Assembly: GCA_043806215.1 (NCBI GenBank)
Contig: JAZDHD010000402.1
Location: 3,661-67,660, forward strand
From: Pseudomonadota bacterium
Lineage (GTDB): Bacteria; Desulfobacterota; Desulfomonilia; Desulfomonilales; Desulfomonilaceae
Direction: 5' to 3'
Length of the DNA: 64,000 nucleotides
In this document: positions 1-8,860 of the stretch, piece after piece
Layout of the letters: each line of letters begins with the position of its first letter
Numbering within the stretch: position 1 is the stretch's first letter
Program-made: the position numbers and the translations under genes
The notes under the pieces: model-generated
What the model was told of the DNA's origin: nothing
What the model saw: the letters and a program-made list of their open reading frames with translations, nothing else
Database searches by the model: none

Positions 1-291
1 CATATGCCCGGTTGTCCGCGACCCCGGATATGGGAATGCTCAGAAAACAAACCGGCAAGATGCCTGTCCTCCGGGCTCTGCCCGGTCTTTGACCAGGAAG
101 TCCCCTCCGCGACAAACTTTCACGGTCCGTTGCGGCCGAGATGTCATGGCGGTTCCCCGAAGAGCCGGCGACGAACATCTCCAACGCACACCTTGTATAA
201 TTCTGTCTACATGTCGAAAATCCTCGACATCGGTCAGGTTTCCCGTCATACCTTTTCATATCAAGACCATACCATCCCCACCACTCACATA

Positions 292-309
292 TGTAGAGCA
301 TTCTCTACA
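292..309. promoter_or_regulatory. Perfect inverted repeat TGTAGAG-CATT-CTCTACA; candidate enhancer (UAS) about 100 nt upstream of the sigma-54 promoter at 408-423
   Basis: Read directly: the 7-bp arms are exact reverse complements. TGT-N12-ACA geometry and distance to the -24/-12 element fit NtrC-family activator sites. Confidence 0.35.
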
Positions 310-407
310 CACGCGCTTCTTGTGCCCACGTTCAAAATCTGCGACTCATCGAACAACTCACCGATAACATGAGACATCCTCAGCAGCTTTGCAGACGCCG
401 CATCACT

Positions 408-423
408 TGGCACCGAACTTGCT
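408..423 (+). promoter_or_regulatory. Sigma-54 (-24/-12) promoter TGGCAC-CGAAC-TTGCT upstream of the beta-oxidation operon
   Basis: Exact match to consensus TGGCAC-N5-TTGCW; lies about 55 nt upstream of the ATG at 479. Confidence 0.65.
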
Positions 424-478
424 TCGACTTGCAACGGGATGGTGATCCACCGTCCCCAATCAGACGAGGGTGAACGTA

Positions 479-1651
479 ATGGACATCGAACTACCGGAAA
501 GTCTGCGCATTATGCTGGACACGGTCCGGCGCTTCGTCAAACAGGATTTGGAGCCCATCAGCCGGCAGGTGGAGGAAGAAGACCGCATCCCCGACGATGT
601 GGTGCAAACGATGCGTGAACTCGGCTTGTTCGGGCTGGCAATTCCTGAAGAATACGGAGGACTGGGACTGGGTTGTTTCGCCGAGTGCCTGGTTTATGAG
701 GAGATGGGGAAGACCAACGCGTGCTTTCGGACGCGGATCGGCACGAACAACGGTATCGGCTCCCAGGGCATTATCTTGGACGGTACGCCCGATCAGAAAC
801 AGAGGTACCTGCCTAAGCTGGCAACAGGGGAATGGATCGGGTGCTTCGCTCTGACCGAGCCCGAAGCCGGCTCGGATGCGGCCAATATCAAGACCACCGC
901 ACAGCGGGACGGCGGTCATTGGGTGCTCAACGGCCGGAAGCATTTCATTACCAACGGCAATATCGCAGACATGGCGACGGTTTTCGCGCTTACGGACCGG
1001 AACAAGAGGGCTCAGGGCGGGATCACGGCCTTTGTCGTGGAAAAGACGTTTCCGGGCTTCTATGTGGGAACCATCGAGCGGAAGATGGGGATGCGGGGTT
1101 CCCATACCTGTGAGCTCATTTTCGACAATTGTGTGGTTCCGGCCGACAATGTTGTGGGCGGTGAGGCACTTGTAGGCCGAGGCTTTAAGACGGCCATGAA
1201 GACCTTGGACAAGGGTCGGCTCACCATGGGAGCATCGTCTCTGGGATCCGCCCAGAAATTGTTGGAACTTTCACTGGATTACGCGAAGCAACGTGTCCAG
1301 TTCGGTAAGCCTATTGCGCATTTTCAGGCTGTCCAGACAATGCTGGCCGACATGGCCACACAGATCTATGCCGCGCGTCAAATGGTCCGGCATGCCGCCA
1401 GTCTCAGAGACTCCACCGGGACGGCAGTGGTGAAGGAGGCCGCCATGGTTAAGTTGTTTTGCACCGAGACTGCCGACCGGGTGGCGGACATGGCGCTTCA
1501 GATTCATGGGGGCATGGGCTACATGAAGGACTATCCGGTGGAGCGTTTCTACCGGGACCTCCGCCTCACGCGAATCTATGAAGGCACCAGCGAGATTCAG
1601 CGGCTGGTGATTGCTCGGGAACTGCTCAAGGGCTCGGGGGACGGGCTATGA
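479..1651 (+). CDS. Acyl-CoA dehydrogenase
   Basis: ORF 470..1651. ATG at 479 has GAGGG 8 nt upstream. Motifs GCFALTEPEAGSDA and RIYEGTSEIQRLVIAR are typical of the ACAD family. Confidence 0.9.
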   Translation: MDIELPESLRIMLDTVRRFVKQDLEPISRQVEEEDRIPDDVVQTMRELGLFGLAIPEEYGGLGLGCFAECLVYEEMGKTNACFRTRIGTNNGIGSQGIILDGTPDQKQRYLPKLATGEWIGCFALTEPEAGSDAANIKTTAQRDGGHWVLNGRKHFITNGNIADMATVFALTDRNKRAQGGITAFVVEKTFPGFYVGTIERKMGMRGSHTCELIFDNCVVPADNVVGGEALVGRGFKTAMKTLDKGRLTMGASSLGSAQKLLELSLDYAKQRVQFGKPIAHFQAVQTMLADMATQIYAARQMVRHAASLRDSTGTAVVKEAAMVKLFCTETADRVADMALQIHGGMGYMKDYPVERFYRDLRLTRIYEGTSEIQRLVIARELLKGSGDGL

Positions 1652-1759
1652 GCGGTTAGGCTCTGTCACCAAATAGCCTGTCATCCCTCGGGCCTCTCTT
1701 CAATGGTATATCCATGGGGGCCGCCGGCAAGAGGAAATTAGGGGCGCCAAGGCCCGAGA

Positions 1760-1960
1760 GCACCTGAACCGTAGGGTCCCGCGCGGAACGCAGGATGCCT
1801 GCCCCGGGCACCCACAGGGGGGTGCCCCTACAAGTTAGGACCGTGGGGCGGTCCCGCGTTCCGCGCGGGATGCCCGCCGTCTCCCCGGCGCAGGCCGGGG
1901 TCCAGGAAGAAGAGACTGGTTCCCGGCTGCCGGGGGCAACCAAACCGATATTCGGGAGCC
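1760..1960. repeat. Mosaic GC-rich intergenic repeat block (hairpin modules) inside the beta-oxidation operon
   Basis: Contains modules seen elsewhere in the window: GTCCCGCGCGGAACGC(A)GGAT, CCCACAGGGGGGTGCCCCTACA and GGCCGGGGTCCAGGAAGAAGAGACTGGTTCCCGGC. Compare 13240-13400, 17050-17100, 45497 and 55040. Confidence 0.85.
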
Positions 1961-1995
1961 AATTTCCGAAGAAATCTTCGCGGAACGACAAGAAA

Positions 1996-2886
1996 ATGAA
2001 GATTAGTAGTATAGAGAGAGTAATGGTGGTCGGTGCCGGCCTGATGGGATCCGGCATCGCTCAGGTATGTGCAAGTGCGGGTTTCGAGGTGATCCTCTGC
2101 GATGTGGCCCACGACGCTCTCGAACGTGCGCTCAAGAACATCGCCTGGTCCGCCGGTAAGCTTGTGGAGAAGCAAAAGGTCAACGGGCCCGTTGAGTCCA
2201 TAATGGCCAGGATAACCGCCACCGGCGACGTGTCCGAAGCCGCGGGGGCGGATCTGTGCATCGAGGCGGTCTTCGAGAACGCCGGACTGAAGCGGGAAGT
2301 GTTCGGGAAACTATCTGCGGCCGTCGCGCCGGAAACGTTGCTTGCAAGTAATACCAGCGCAATTCCCATCAGCACCCTCGCGGCCGCGGTTCCGCATCCG
2401 GAACGGGTGCTGGGTCTCCATTTCTTCAGCCCGGTTCCCATGATGCAGGCGGTGGAGGTGGTACGCAGCCAATTCACCGGCGACGAAGTCTTCGCCCAAG
2501 GCAGGGTATTTGTCGAGGCCATCGGCAAGGAGCCCATCCTCGTCCACAAAGACGTGCCGGGCTTTCTCCTCAACCGCATCAACTTTCCGGCAACCATCGA
2601 GGCAATCCGCATGGTGGAGGCCGGCGTGGGCACGGTGGAAGATATCGACAAGGGGCTTCGCCTCGCGTTCGGCCGCCCGATGGGGATATTCGAAACCGGG
2701 GACATGGTGGGCCTGGATGTGACCTGCGGCGCGCTCACCGCAATCTATGAGGAAACCAAGGATCCGCGTTGGTTTCCGCCGGCCATGCTCAGACGCAAGG
2801 TCATGGCGGGACACCTCGGGAGGAAGACCGGTAAGGGGTGGTACGAGTACGACGCGGACGGTTCTCGGAAGGATCCGGCCGAATAA
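1996..2886 (+). CDS. 3-hydroxyacyl-CoA dehydrogenase (NAD-binding)
   Basis: ORF 1795..2886 trimmed to the ATG at 1996 (MKISSIERVMVVGAGLMGSGIAQ, a Rossmann GxGxxG motif). The upstream part of the ORF runs through repeat DNA. Confidence 0.88.
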   Translation: MKISSIERVMVVGAGLMGSGIAQVCASAGFEVILCDVAHDALERALKNIAWSAGKLVEKQKVNGPVESIMARITATGDVSEAAGADLCIEAVFENAGLKREVFGKLSAAVAPETLLASNTSAIPISTLAAAVPHPERVLGLHFFSPVPMMQAVEVVRSQFTGDEVFAQGRVFVEAIGKEPILVHKDVPGFLLNRINFPATIEAIRMVEAGVGTVEDIDKGLRLAFGRPMGIFETGDMVGLDVTCGALTAIYEETKDPRWFPPAMLRRKVMAGHLGRKTGKGWYEYDADGSRKDPAE

Positions 2887-2931
2887 GGTGTGGAGTAGTA
2901 GTCGGCTTTATGAATGCGGTCGCGTATTGTT

Positions 2932-3127
2932 GGAGACACTTAGGGCTTGTCCCAAGATAAACCTATCACATCGAGGGCTTCTCGGGCGAATGGTGTAGTC
3001 ATGGGGGCTTCCGGCAATCGGGGGACATGATCCGATTTCGCGAGTGGCGCCATGCGACCTAGCGAAACTCGGAATCGTGTCCCCCGATTGCCAACTTGCA
3101 AGATTTGTTTTGGAACAGACACTTAGC
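2932..3127. repeat. About 195-bp element bounded by direct AGACACTTAG copies and containing a long imperfect hairpin (15-bp perfect arms 3013-3027 / 3078-3092)
   Basis: GGCAATCGGGGGACA at 3013-3027 is the exact reverse complement of TGTCCCCCGATTGCC at 3078-3092. AGACACTTAG occurs at about 2934 and about 3115. Confidence 0.7.
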
Positions 3128-3258
3128 CGTCAGCCTGGACCATGGTAGGGTCCCGGCGCTCGGGCCATGGAAGAATACCGGCACGGAGGCCGGCGCTACC
3201 AAGCAGAGGTAGGCGCGGACACGCTACCGAACTAACGCATCCCGCCGTGGAGAAACGT

Positions 3259-4506
3259 ATGAAGGAAGTAACCATTGCAGCAGCGGTGAGAACCCCCGTG
3301 GGAAGGTACATGGGCTCACTCAAGGAGGTGCCTGCCTACGATCTTGCCGCACTGGTTCTGGACGAAGCCGTCAAACGTGCCGGAATCCCGCCGTCAATGG
3401 CGGACCAGGTCGTCATGGGGCAGGCCTACCAGAGTGGAGAGTACGTCAATATAGCCCGTATGGGTCTGCTCAAAGCCGGTTGGCCCGAAACCATCCCCGG
3501 CGTGACTCTGGACGCCCGTTGCTGTACCGGCCTCGATGTCGTCCGCTACGCGGCAGCCCTCATTGCATCCGACCAGGCGGACATCATCGTTGCAGGCGGC
3601 GTGGAAAGCATGAGCAACGCGGAATTCTATTTGCCGGGCAGCATGAAATGGGGGATCGGCGGCACCCGGGGAATGCCCAAGGGCCACGGCGACCTCTCAA
3701 TCTGGGGCGTTTCCCTGTACGACCGCATTCAAAGGGCCCGGGTGATGTCCCAGCCGGAGGAACGATACGGCATCCTCCCCGCCATGATGTCCTGGGCCGA
3801 GTCCGCGGCCGAGGAGCACAACATAACCCGCGGTCAATGCGACAAATGGTCCCTCGAAAGTCATCGCAAGGCCTGCGCGGCAATGGAAGCAGGGAAGTTC
3901 GCTGAAGAAATCGTCCCGGTAAGCGTCCCCCAACGCAGAGGGGATCCGATAATCGTGGATCGTGACGAGAATCCGAGGGCGGATACGACCCTTGAGGCAT
4001 TGGCTCGCCTCAAACCCGTGCTCGGCGGTGTCTGCACCGCGGGTAATTCATCCACCGAAAACGACGGCGCCGCTGCGGTGGTGGTCATGTCGGCTCCCAA
4101 GGCTCGGGATCTCGGCCTCCAACCGCTTGCTGTTCTCAAATCCTGTGCCTTCGTCGGCGACGATCCGCGAAGAACCTACCGGACGGTGCCTCGGGCCGCA
4201 CACAAAGCCTTGGACATGGCCGCGCTGTCTTTGCAGGACATCGATCTCATCGAAATCCAGGAGGCGTTCGCCGCCCAAGTCTTGGCCGATCTCGCGGAGA
4301 TGGGTATCGGGCCCGAAGACTATGCTCGAGTTAACGTCAACGGCTCGGGCATATCCCTCGGGCATCCCATAGCCTGCACCGGCGTGAGGGTCCTGGTGAG
4401 CTTGCTCCACGAAATGAAGAGACGCAACTCCCGGTACGGACTTGAATGCATCTGCGGCGGAGGCGGCCTTGGAATCGCGGCGGTTCTGGAAGGAATGGAC
4501 CATTAG
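3259..4506 (+). CDS. Thiolase family protein (acetyl-CoA C-acyltransferase-like)
   Basis: ORF 3142..4506 trimmed to the ATG at 3259 (GGAG 6 nt upstream). Motifs MKEVTIAAAVRTPVGRY, NGSGISLGHPIACTG and CICGGGGLG are present. Confidence 0.88.
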   Translation: MKEVTIAAAVRTPVGRYMGSLKEVPAYDLAALVLDEAVKRAGIPPSMADQVVMGQAYQSGEYVNIARMGLLKAGWPETIPGVTLDARCCTGLDVVRYAAALIASDQADIIVAGGVESMSNAEFYLPGSMKWGIGGTRGMPKGHGDLSIWGVSLYDRIQRARVMSQPEERYGILPAMMSWAESAAEEHNITRGQCDKWSLESHRKACAAMEAGKFAEEIVPVSVPQRRGDPIIVDRDENPRADTTLEALARLKPVLGGVCTAGNSSTENDGAAAVVVMSAPKARDLGLQPLAVLKSCAFVGDDPRRTYRTVPRAAHKALDMAALSLQDIDLIEIQEAFAAQVLADLAEMGIGPEDYARVNVNGSGISLGHPIACTGVRVLVSLLHEMKRRNSRYGLECICGGGGLGIAAVLEGMDH

Positions 4507-4518
4507 GAGGACCGGACA

Positions 4519-5709
4519 TTGTGTGCCGAATTACGTGATGCAGTGGTTGTCGATGCCGTGCGCACCCCGTTCGGACGCGCCGGCGAGAAGGGAATCTTTT
4601 GGCGGACCAGAGCCGAAGACCTTTGCGTTCCGCTCCTGAAGGCTCTGCTCGACCGTAACCCCGGAGTCGAACCGGAGATGATCGAAGACAGCATCTGGGG
4701 TGTCACCAATCAGGCAAAGGAACAGGGCGGAACCCTCGGAAGGATGATCCCGATGTTGGCAGACTGGGGCTGGGAGATTCCCGGATGCTCCATCGACCGA
4801 ATGTGTGCGAGCGGCTTGACCGGAATAAGCTTCGGCGCGGCGTTCATTGCGGCAGGAATGGCCGACTGCCTCATCTGTGGCGGTGTGGAGCACATGGGAC
4901 ATGTGCCCATGGGATTCATGAGGGACCCGCACCCAAGGGCCGAGGAAGTGATGGGCGATGCCTCGGCCTTCAACATGGGCATGACGGCCGAGAATATTCA
5001 CGATCGTTTCCCCGGATTCACGAGAGAAATGGCCGACGCCTATGCCCTTGCCTCCCAGCACAAGACCTATCTGGCGATCAAGGCGGGCAAGATGAACGAC
5101 ATGGTGGTGCCTATTGAAGTCGAATTGGAGGACGGCGCACGGGTACTGGTCGATAAGGATCAGCAGCCACGGCCGGAATCCACCATGGAGGGACTTTCGG
5201 CACTGAGGACCCCGTTCAGGGAGAACGGTCGGGTCACCGCGGGAAATGCCGCGGGGCTCAACGACGGAGCTTCCGCGGTGCTCCTGATGTCCCGGGCGCA
5301 GGCGGATCGTCTAAACCTGACGCCAAAGATGAGGTGGGTGGCTTCCGGTACCGCCGCCGTTGACCCGAGGATTATGGGAACCGCTCCGGTTCCGGCGACC
5401 AAAAAGGCACTGCAGCGGGCGGGGCTGACCATGGCGGATATGGATGTCATAGAGATGAATGAAGCATTTGCCGTTCAGGCACTCTATTGTCTCGATCGCT
5501 GGGGACTGGCGCCGGACGATCCAAGAGTCAACCGCTGGGGCGGATCCCTCGCGTACGGACACCCTCTTGCGGCTTCCGGCCCCCGCCTGACGGCCTTTCT
5601 GGCCGGGCTCTTCAAAGAGACCCCCGGAGCCCGTTACGGATTGACCACCATGTGTGTGGGCCGGGGACAGGGTTATTCGATCATATGGGAGAACCTTGTG
5701 TACGAGTGA
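4519..5709 (+). CDS. Thiolase family protein (second copy)
   Basis: TTG start at 4519 with AGGAGG 8 nt upstream. Motifs VVDAVRTPFGRA, DRMCASGL, GGSLAYGHPLAASG and MCVGRGQG are present. Confidence 0.88.
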   Translation: MCAELRDAVVVDAVRTPFGRAGEKGIFWRTRAEDLCVPLLKALLDRNPGVEPEMIEDSIWGVTNQAKEQGGTLGRMIPMLADWGWEIPGCSIDRMCASGLTGISFGAAFIAAGMADCLICGGVEHMGHVPMGFMRDPHPRAEEVMGDASAFNMGMTAENIHDRFPGFTREMADAYALASQHKTYLAIKAGKMNDMVVPIEVELEDGARVLVDKDQQPRPESTMEGLSALRTPFRENGRVTAGNAAGLNDGASAVLLMSRAQADRLNLTPKMRWVASGTAAVDPRIMGTAPVPATKKALQRAGLTMADMDVIEMNEAFAVQALYCLDRWGLAPDDPRVNRWGGSLAYGHPLAASGPRLTAFLAGLFKETPGARYGLTTMCVGRGQGYSIIWENLVYE

Positions 5710-5898
5710 GGGCATGCAGTTGCGTAGACGCGGCGTACTCCCGCACGCAGCCAATGCGGCCTCATCCTCACGGTGGAACATCGACGACGGTAAACCCGCC
5801 CTCACCGGGTTGTCTTGTCTTACAACCTGTCAAGGCCCCTGACACCCCAATCCTCCCATAGTGTCCCGATCCCGCAGCCCGAGCGGGGTTATCTTTTG

Positions 5899-5914
5899 TG
5901 GCATGTGAATTGCT
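5899..5914 (+). promoter_or_regulatory. Sigma-54 promoter TGGCAT-GTGAA-TTGCT upstream of the hybrid sensor kinase
   Basis: Matches TGGCAC-N5-TTGCW at 15 of 16 defined positions; lies about 140 nt upstream of the ATG at 6052. Confidence 0.55.
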
Positions 5915-6051
5915 GGACACGATTCAGTGCAATGAAGCCGAGTGCTCCGTGGCGCTAATACGGTCGCACAACCTGAGCCGTCTTCTCATTCTGAACCGAC
6001 GCGGCTTCATTGAAGTGGCGAGGCGCGTTTCGTCATGACGGATAGGCACGG

Positions 6052-8073
6052 ATGGAGGTCGGATTGTATAAGACAACCGGTGAATCACCAACCCGGCAGG
6101 CGGGCAAGAGACTCGACGAGCAGACATTGGGAAACATTCTGGCCGCCTGCCCTGTAGGACTTTGCGCGATAGAGGAAAGGAACTTCGTGTGGGTCAACCG
6201 GGCATTGATCAAGATGTTCGGTTACGATTCCGAAGAGCAGTTGGTGGGAAAGAACTCTCGGATGCTCTATGAATCGGACGAAGAATATGAACGGGTCGGT
6301 GCCGTGCTGTATACCGGGCGGCGCCGCCGGACGGTATTCGAAACGGACGCCAGGTTGATCCGAAGGGACGGAAGGGAATTTGAAGGGCACGTACGGATTA
6401 GTTCGCCGGATCCGTCCGACCTCATGAAAGGCACCATCGCCGCCGTTACCGACCGCACACCGATTAGAGAAGCGCAAGCGGACCTCATAGAATCCGAAAG
6501 ACGTTTTCGAGAGATTCTCGAAAATGTACGCCTTGTGGCATTGTGCCTGGACCCTCAAGGAAACATCACTTTCTGTAATGACTTTTTTCTGGAAACAACG
6601 GGCCGCAAGAGAGAAGAAGTTCTCGGAAGGAACTGGTTCGACCTCCTTGAAACGGAAAACTGGAAGGAGAGGCCGAAACGGTGGAACATTCCGTCCGCGT
6701 ACGAGCGAATCCGGCAGAACAACGAACAGATGCTGCCCACAAGAAACGGCGACCTCCGCTGCATACGTTGGAACACGACCATATTCCTTCGAGATCGGCA
6801 TGGGAATGTCGTTGGCCTGGCGAGCATCGGTGAAGACATTACCGAACGGAAGCGGGCAAACGAACTGCTTCTACGTACGGAACGGTTGAAGGCCGTCGGC
6901 GACATGGCGGCCGGAACGGCCCATAACTTCAACAACTTTCTCCAGATCGTCAGCGCAAGATGCTCAATCGCCCAGAAGCTTCTTGAATCGGGAGACACCG
7001 CCCAAGCACGGGCAACAATAGAACAGATATCCAGGACGGGCGATATGGCCGCCGAGATGATAAAGCGCCTCTTGGATTTTTCCAAGAGAGGAGATGAGAC
7101 TGCGGCAAGAGACTCCGAGGTGTTCGACCTCTCTCACACCGTGACACAGGTTGTCGAGATGACCAAGCCTTGGTGGAAAAGCGACGCGGAGAAAGCGGGA
7201 ATCACCGTCTCCCTGAAAACCGAACTAGGATCCGGGTGTCTTGTGAGGGGCAGGGAAAGCGAATTGTTCGAGGTTGCCGTCAACCTTGTAAAGAATGCCG
7301 TGGAAGCCTGTCGCGACGGCGGGGAAATGAGGGTTGACGTGTTTGCCGAAGCGGATCTCGTAGTCTTGCGCGTTCAAGATAACGGTGTTGGAATACATGA
7401 GGCCAATCTCGGGAAGGTTTTTCAACCTTTCTGGACCACCAAGGGCTTTCAGGGAACCGGCATGGGACTCTCCAGCTCGTACGGCATCGTCACACGGCAT
7501 GGAGGGGAGATATCCGTCGAGAGTGTCGAAGGGAGTGGGGCAACCTTCATCGTGAAACTACCTAGAGCTTCGAGCCGGACGATCTCGCGGACTCCGACCG
7601 CTTTCCAATTGCCCGATGTGCGTCTTCGAATCCTTCTCATCGACGATGACGAAACCCTGATCACAACTATTGGGGAAGGTCTCGTCCTGCACGGGCAAGA
7701 GGTCCTCACGGCAACCTCCGGCCGCAAGGCGCTGGCCATTCTCGACAAGAACACCGTTGACGTGGTCATCTGCGACTTGGGGATGGAAGAAATGAACGGG
7801 TGGGAAATAGGCGGGGCCGTCCATGAGACCTGTCTTCAGAAGAGAATACCGAAGCCGCCTTTCATACTTCTAACCGGATGGGGATCGCAGGTTTCGGAAC
7901 AAAGTGCCTATCGATTCTCTGTTGACATGATCGTTTCCAAACCGGTCTCGGTCCTCACGTTGTTGGAAAAGGTCATGGAAGCTCTCGACAATGCGGGGTC
8001 CGACTCGTGTCATCCGACGAGAGCAGCCGTGCCGATGCGCTGCACGCGAGTTTCCGGCAAAGAGTATCAGTGA
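6052..8073 (+). CDS. PAS-domain hybrid sensor histidine kinase with C-terminal receiver
   Basis: Two PAS-like segments, H-box AAGTAHNFNNFLQ, ATPase G-box GTGMGLSSSYGIV, and receiver ILLIDDDE...ICDLGMEEMNG. Confidence 0.88.
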   Translation: MEVGLYKTTGESPTRQAGKRLDEQTLGNILAACPVGLCAIEERNFVWVNRALIKMFGYDSEEQLVGKNSRMLYESDEEYERVGAVLYTGRRRRTVFETDARLIRRDGREFEGHVRISSPDPSDLMKGTIAAVTDRTPIREAQADLIESERRFREILENVRLVALCLDPQGNITFCNDFFLETTGRKREEVLGRNWFDLLETENWKERPKRWNIPSAYERIRQNNEQMLPTRNGDLRCIRWNTTIFLRDRHGNVVGLASIGEDITERKRANELLLRTERLKAVGDMAAGTAHNFNNFLQIVSARCSIAQKLLESGDTAQARATIEQISRTGDMAAEMIKRLLDFSKRGDETAARDSEVFDLSHTVTQVVEMTKPWWKSDAEKAGITVSLKTELGSGCLVRGRESELFEVAVNLVKNAVEACRDGGEMRVDVFAEADLVVLRVQDNGVGIHEANLGKVFQPFWTTKGFQGTGMGLSSSYGIVTRHGGEISVESVEGSGATFIVKLPRASSRTISRTPTAFQLPDVRLRILLIDDDETLITTIGEGLVLHGQEVLTATSGRKALAILDKNTVDVVICDLGMEEMNGWEIGGAVHETCLQKRIPKPPFILLTGWGSQVSEQSAYRFSVDMIVSKPVSVLTLLEKVMEALDNAGSDSCHPTRAAVPMRCTRVSGKEYQ

Positions 8074-8114
8074 GATTCCGAGGATGACGTGCCGAACAAA
8101 GACACGTACGTGCC

Positions 8115-8561
8115 CTACCCTTTCCTCGAGTTCATGATCGTTTCGTACGATTCGTGGACTTCCCTGAATCTCTTGTTGGCCGCGTCCCTCAAATAATCGG
8201 GAAGATCTTTGGGAAGACTGTCGACGTGACACTCCTTGATGATGGCTCTGTATCTCCGTTTGATCTCGGCATCGGAATCGGATGCCTTGCAGCCCAGGAT
8301 CCTGTATGCCTCCGCGAGGCCGTCCGGCGGGCGGGAGGACTGTGAAGAGCGGCCCCCGTTCCCGCCGGAACGACCGCTTTCCCGCTCTTGGTACGCGATG
8401 CGGCATGAAACACAAAAACCATCCTCCATAATCTCAGGAGGAAACGATCTACCGCACACCAGGCATTGCTCCCTCGGCCGGGGCCCTTCAGCCGGCGTTG
8501 CAAATCCCCCGGCTATTGCCTTGGCAATGAGCTTCTTCGCATAGGTTACCCAGAAGGCCAT
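8115..8561 (-). CDS. J-domain-like protein with zinc-ribbon (CxxC...CxxC); HPD replaced by HVD
   Basis: C-terminal AEAYRILGCKASDSDAEIKRRYRAIIKECHVDSLP matches J-domain helices I-II. CLVCG...CVSCR forms the zinc-ribbon. GGAG lies 7 nt upstream of the ATG. Confidence 0.7.
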   Translation of the reverse strand: MAFWVTYAKKLIAKAIAGGFATPAEGPRPREQCLVCGRSFPPEIMEDGFCVSCRIAYQERESGRSGGNGGRSSQSSRPPDGLAEAYRILGCKASDSDAEIKRRYRAIIKECHVDSLPKDLPDYLRDAANKRFREVHESYETIMNSRKG

Positions 8562-8589
8562 TCCCGTTCTCCGCTTTCAGGAACAGATC

Positions 8590-8850
8590 CAATTTCGATG
8601 GGGCAGTCGCCTGGGACTGTCCTATTACCTTGTCCGGTGGGAGGGGCGTCTCGCCTGTCCCCAGACCGTACGGGTCAAAGACCGGGCAGAGCCCGGAAAA
8701 CAGGCGTTCCCAGGCGGAGCCTGGGAACGAGAAGAACCGTGGGACGGGCGTCCCTGCCCGTCATCTTCAGGCCGGGGTTCGGGACAAGCAGACCGGTTCC
8801 CGGCCTACACCGGGAAGACGGCTCCGATTGTGCGACCATACCTATGAGAT
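8590..8850. repeat. Mosaic GC-rich intergenic repeat block
   Basis: Contains AAGACCGGGCAGAGCCCGG (reverse complement of the module at 75-95, 44575 and 45300), CGTTCCCAGGCGGAGCCTGGGAACG, GGGACGGGCGTCCCTGCCCGTCATCTTC, CCGGTTCCCGGCCTACACCGGGAAGACGG and TGTGCGACCATAC. Confidence 0.85.
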
Positions 8851-8860
8851 CGAGCACCTA

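Noticed and set aside
1795-1995. Upstream ORF extensions that run through repeat DNA (1795-1995; likewise 3142-3258)
   Set aside because: The extensions translate repeat modules (for example HRGVPLQV from CCCACAGGGGGGTGCCCCTACA). Internal ATG codons with Shine-Dalgarno sequences give canonical N-termini.
5871-5897. Rho-independent terminator after the second thiolase (CCCGC-AGCCCGA-GCGGG followed by GTTATCTTTTG)
   Set aside because: The stem is only 5 bp and the T-tract is interrupted. It is plausible but too weak to call, and it also overlaps the region just upstream of the sigma-54 promoter.
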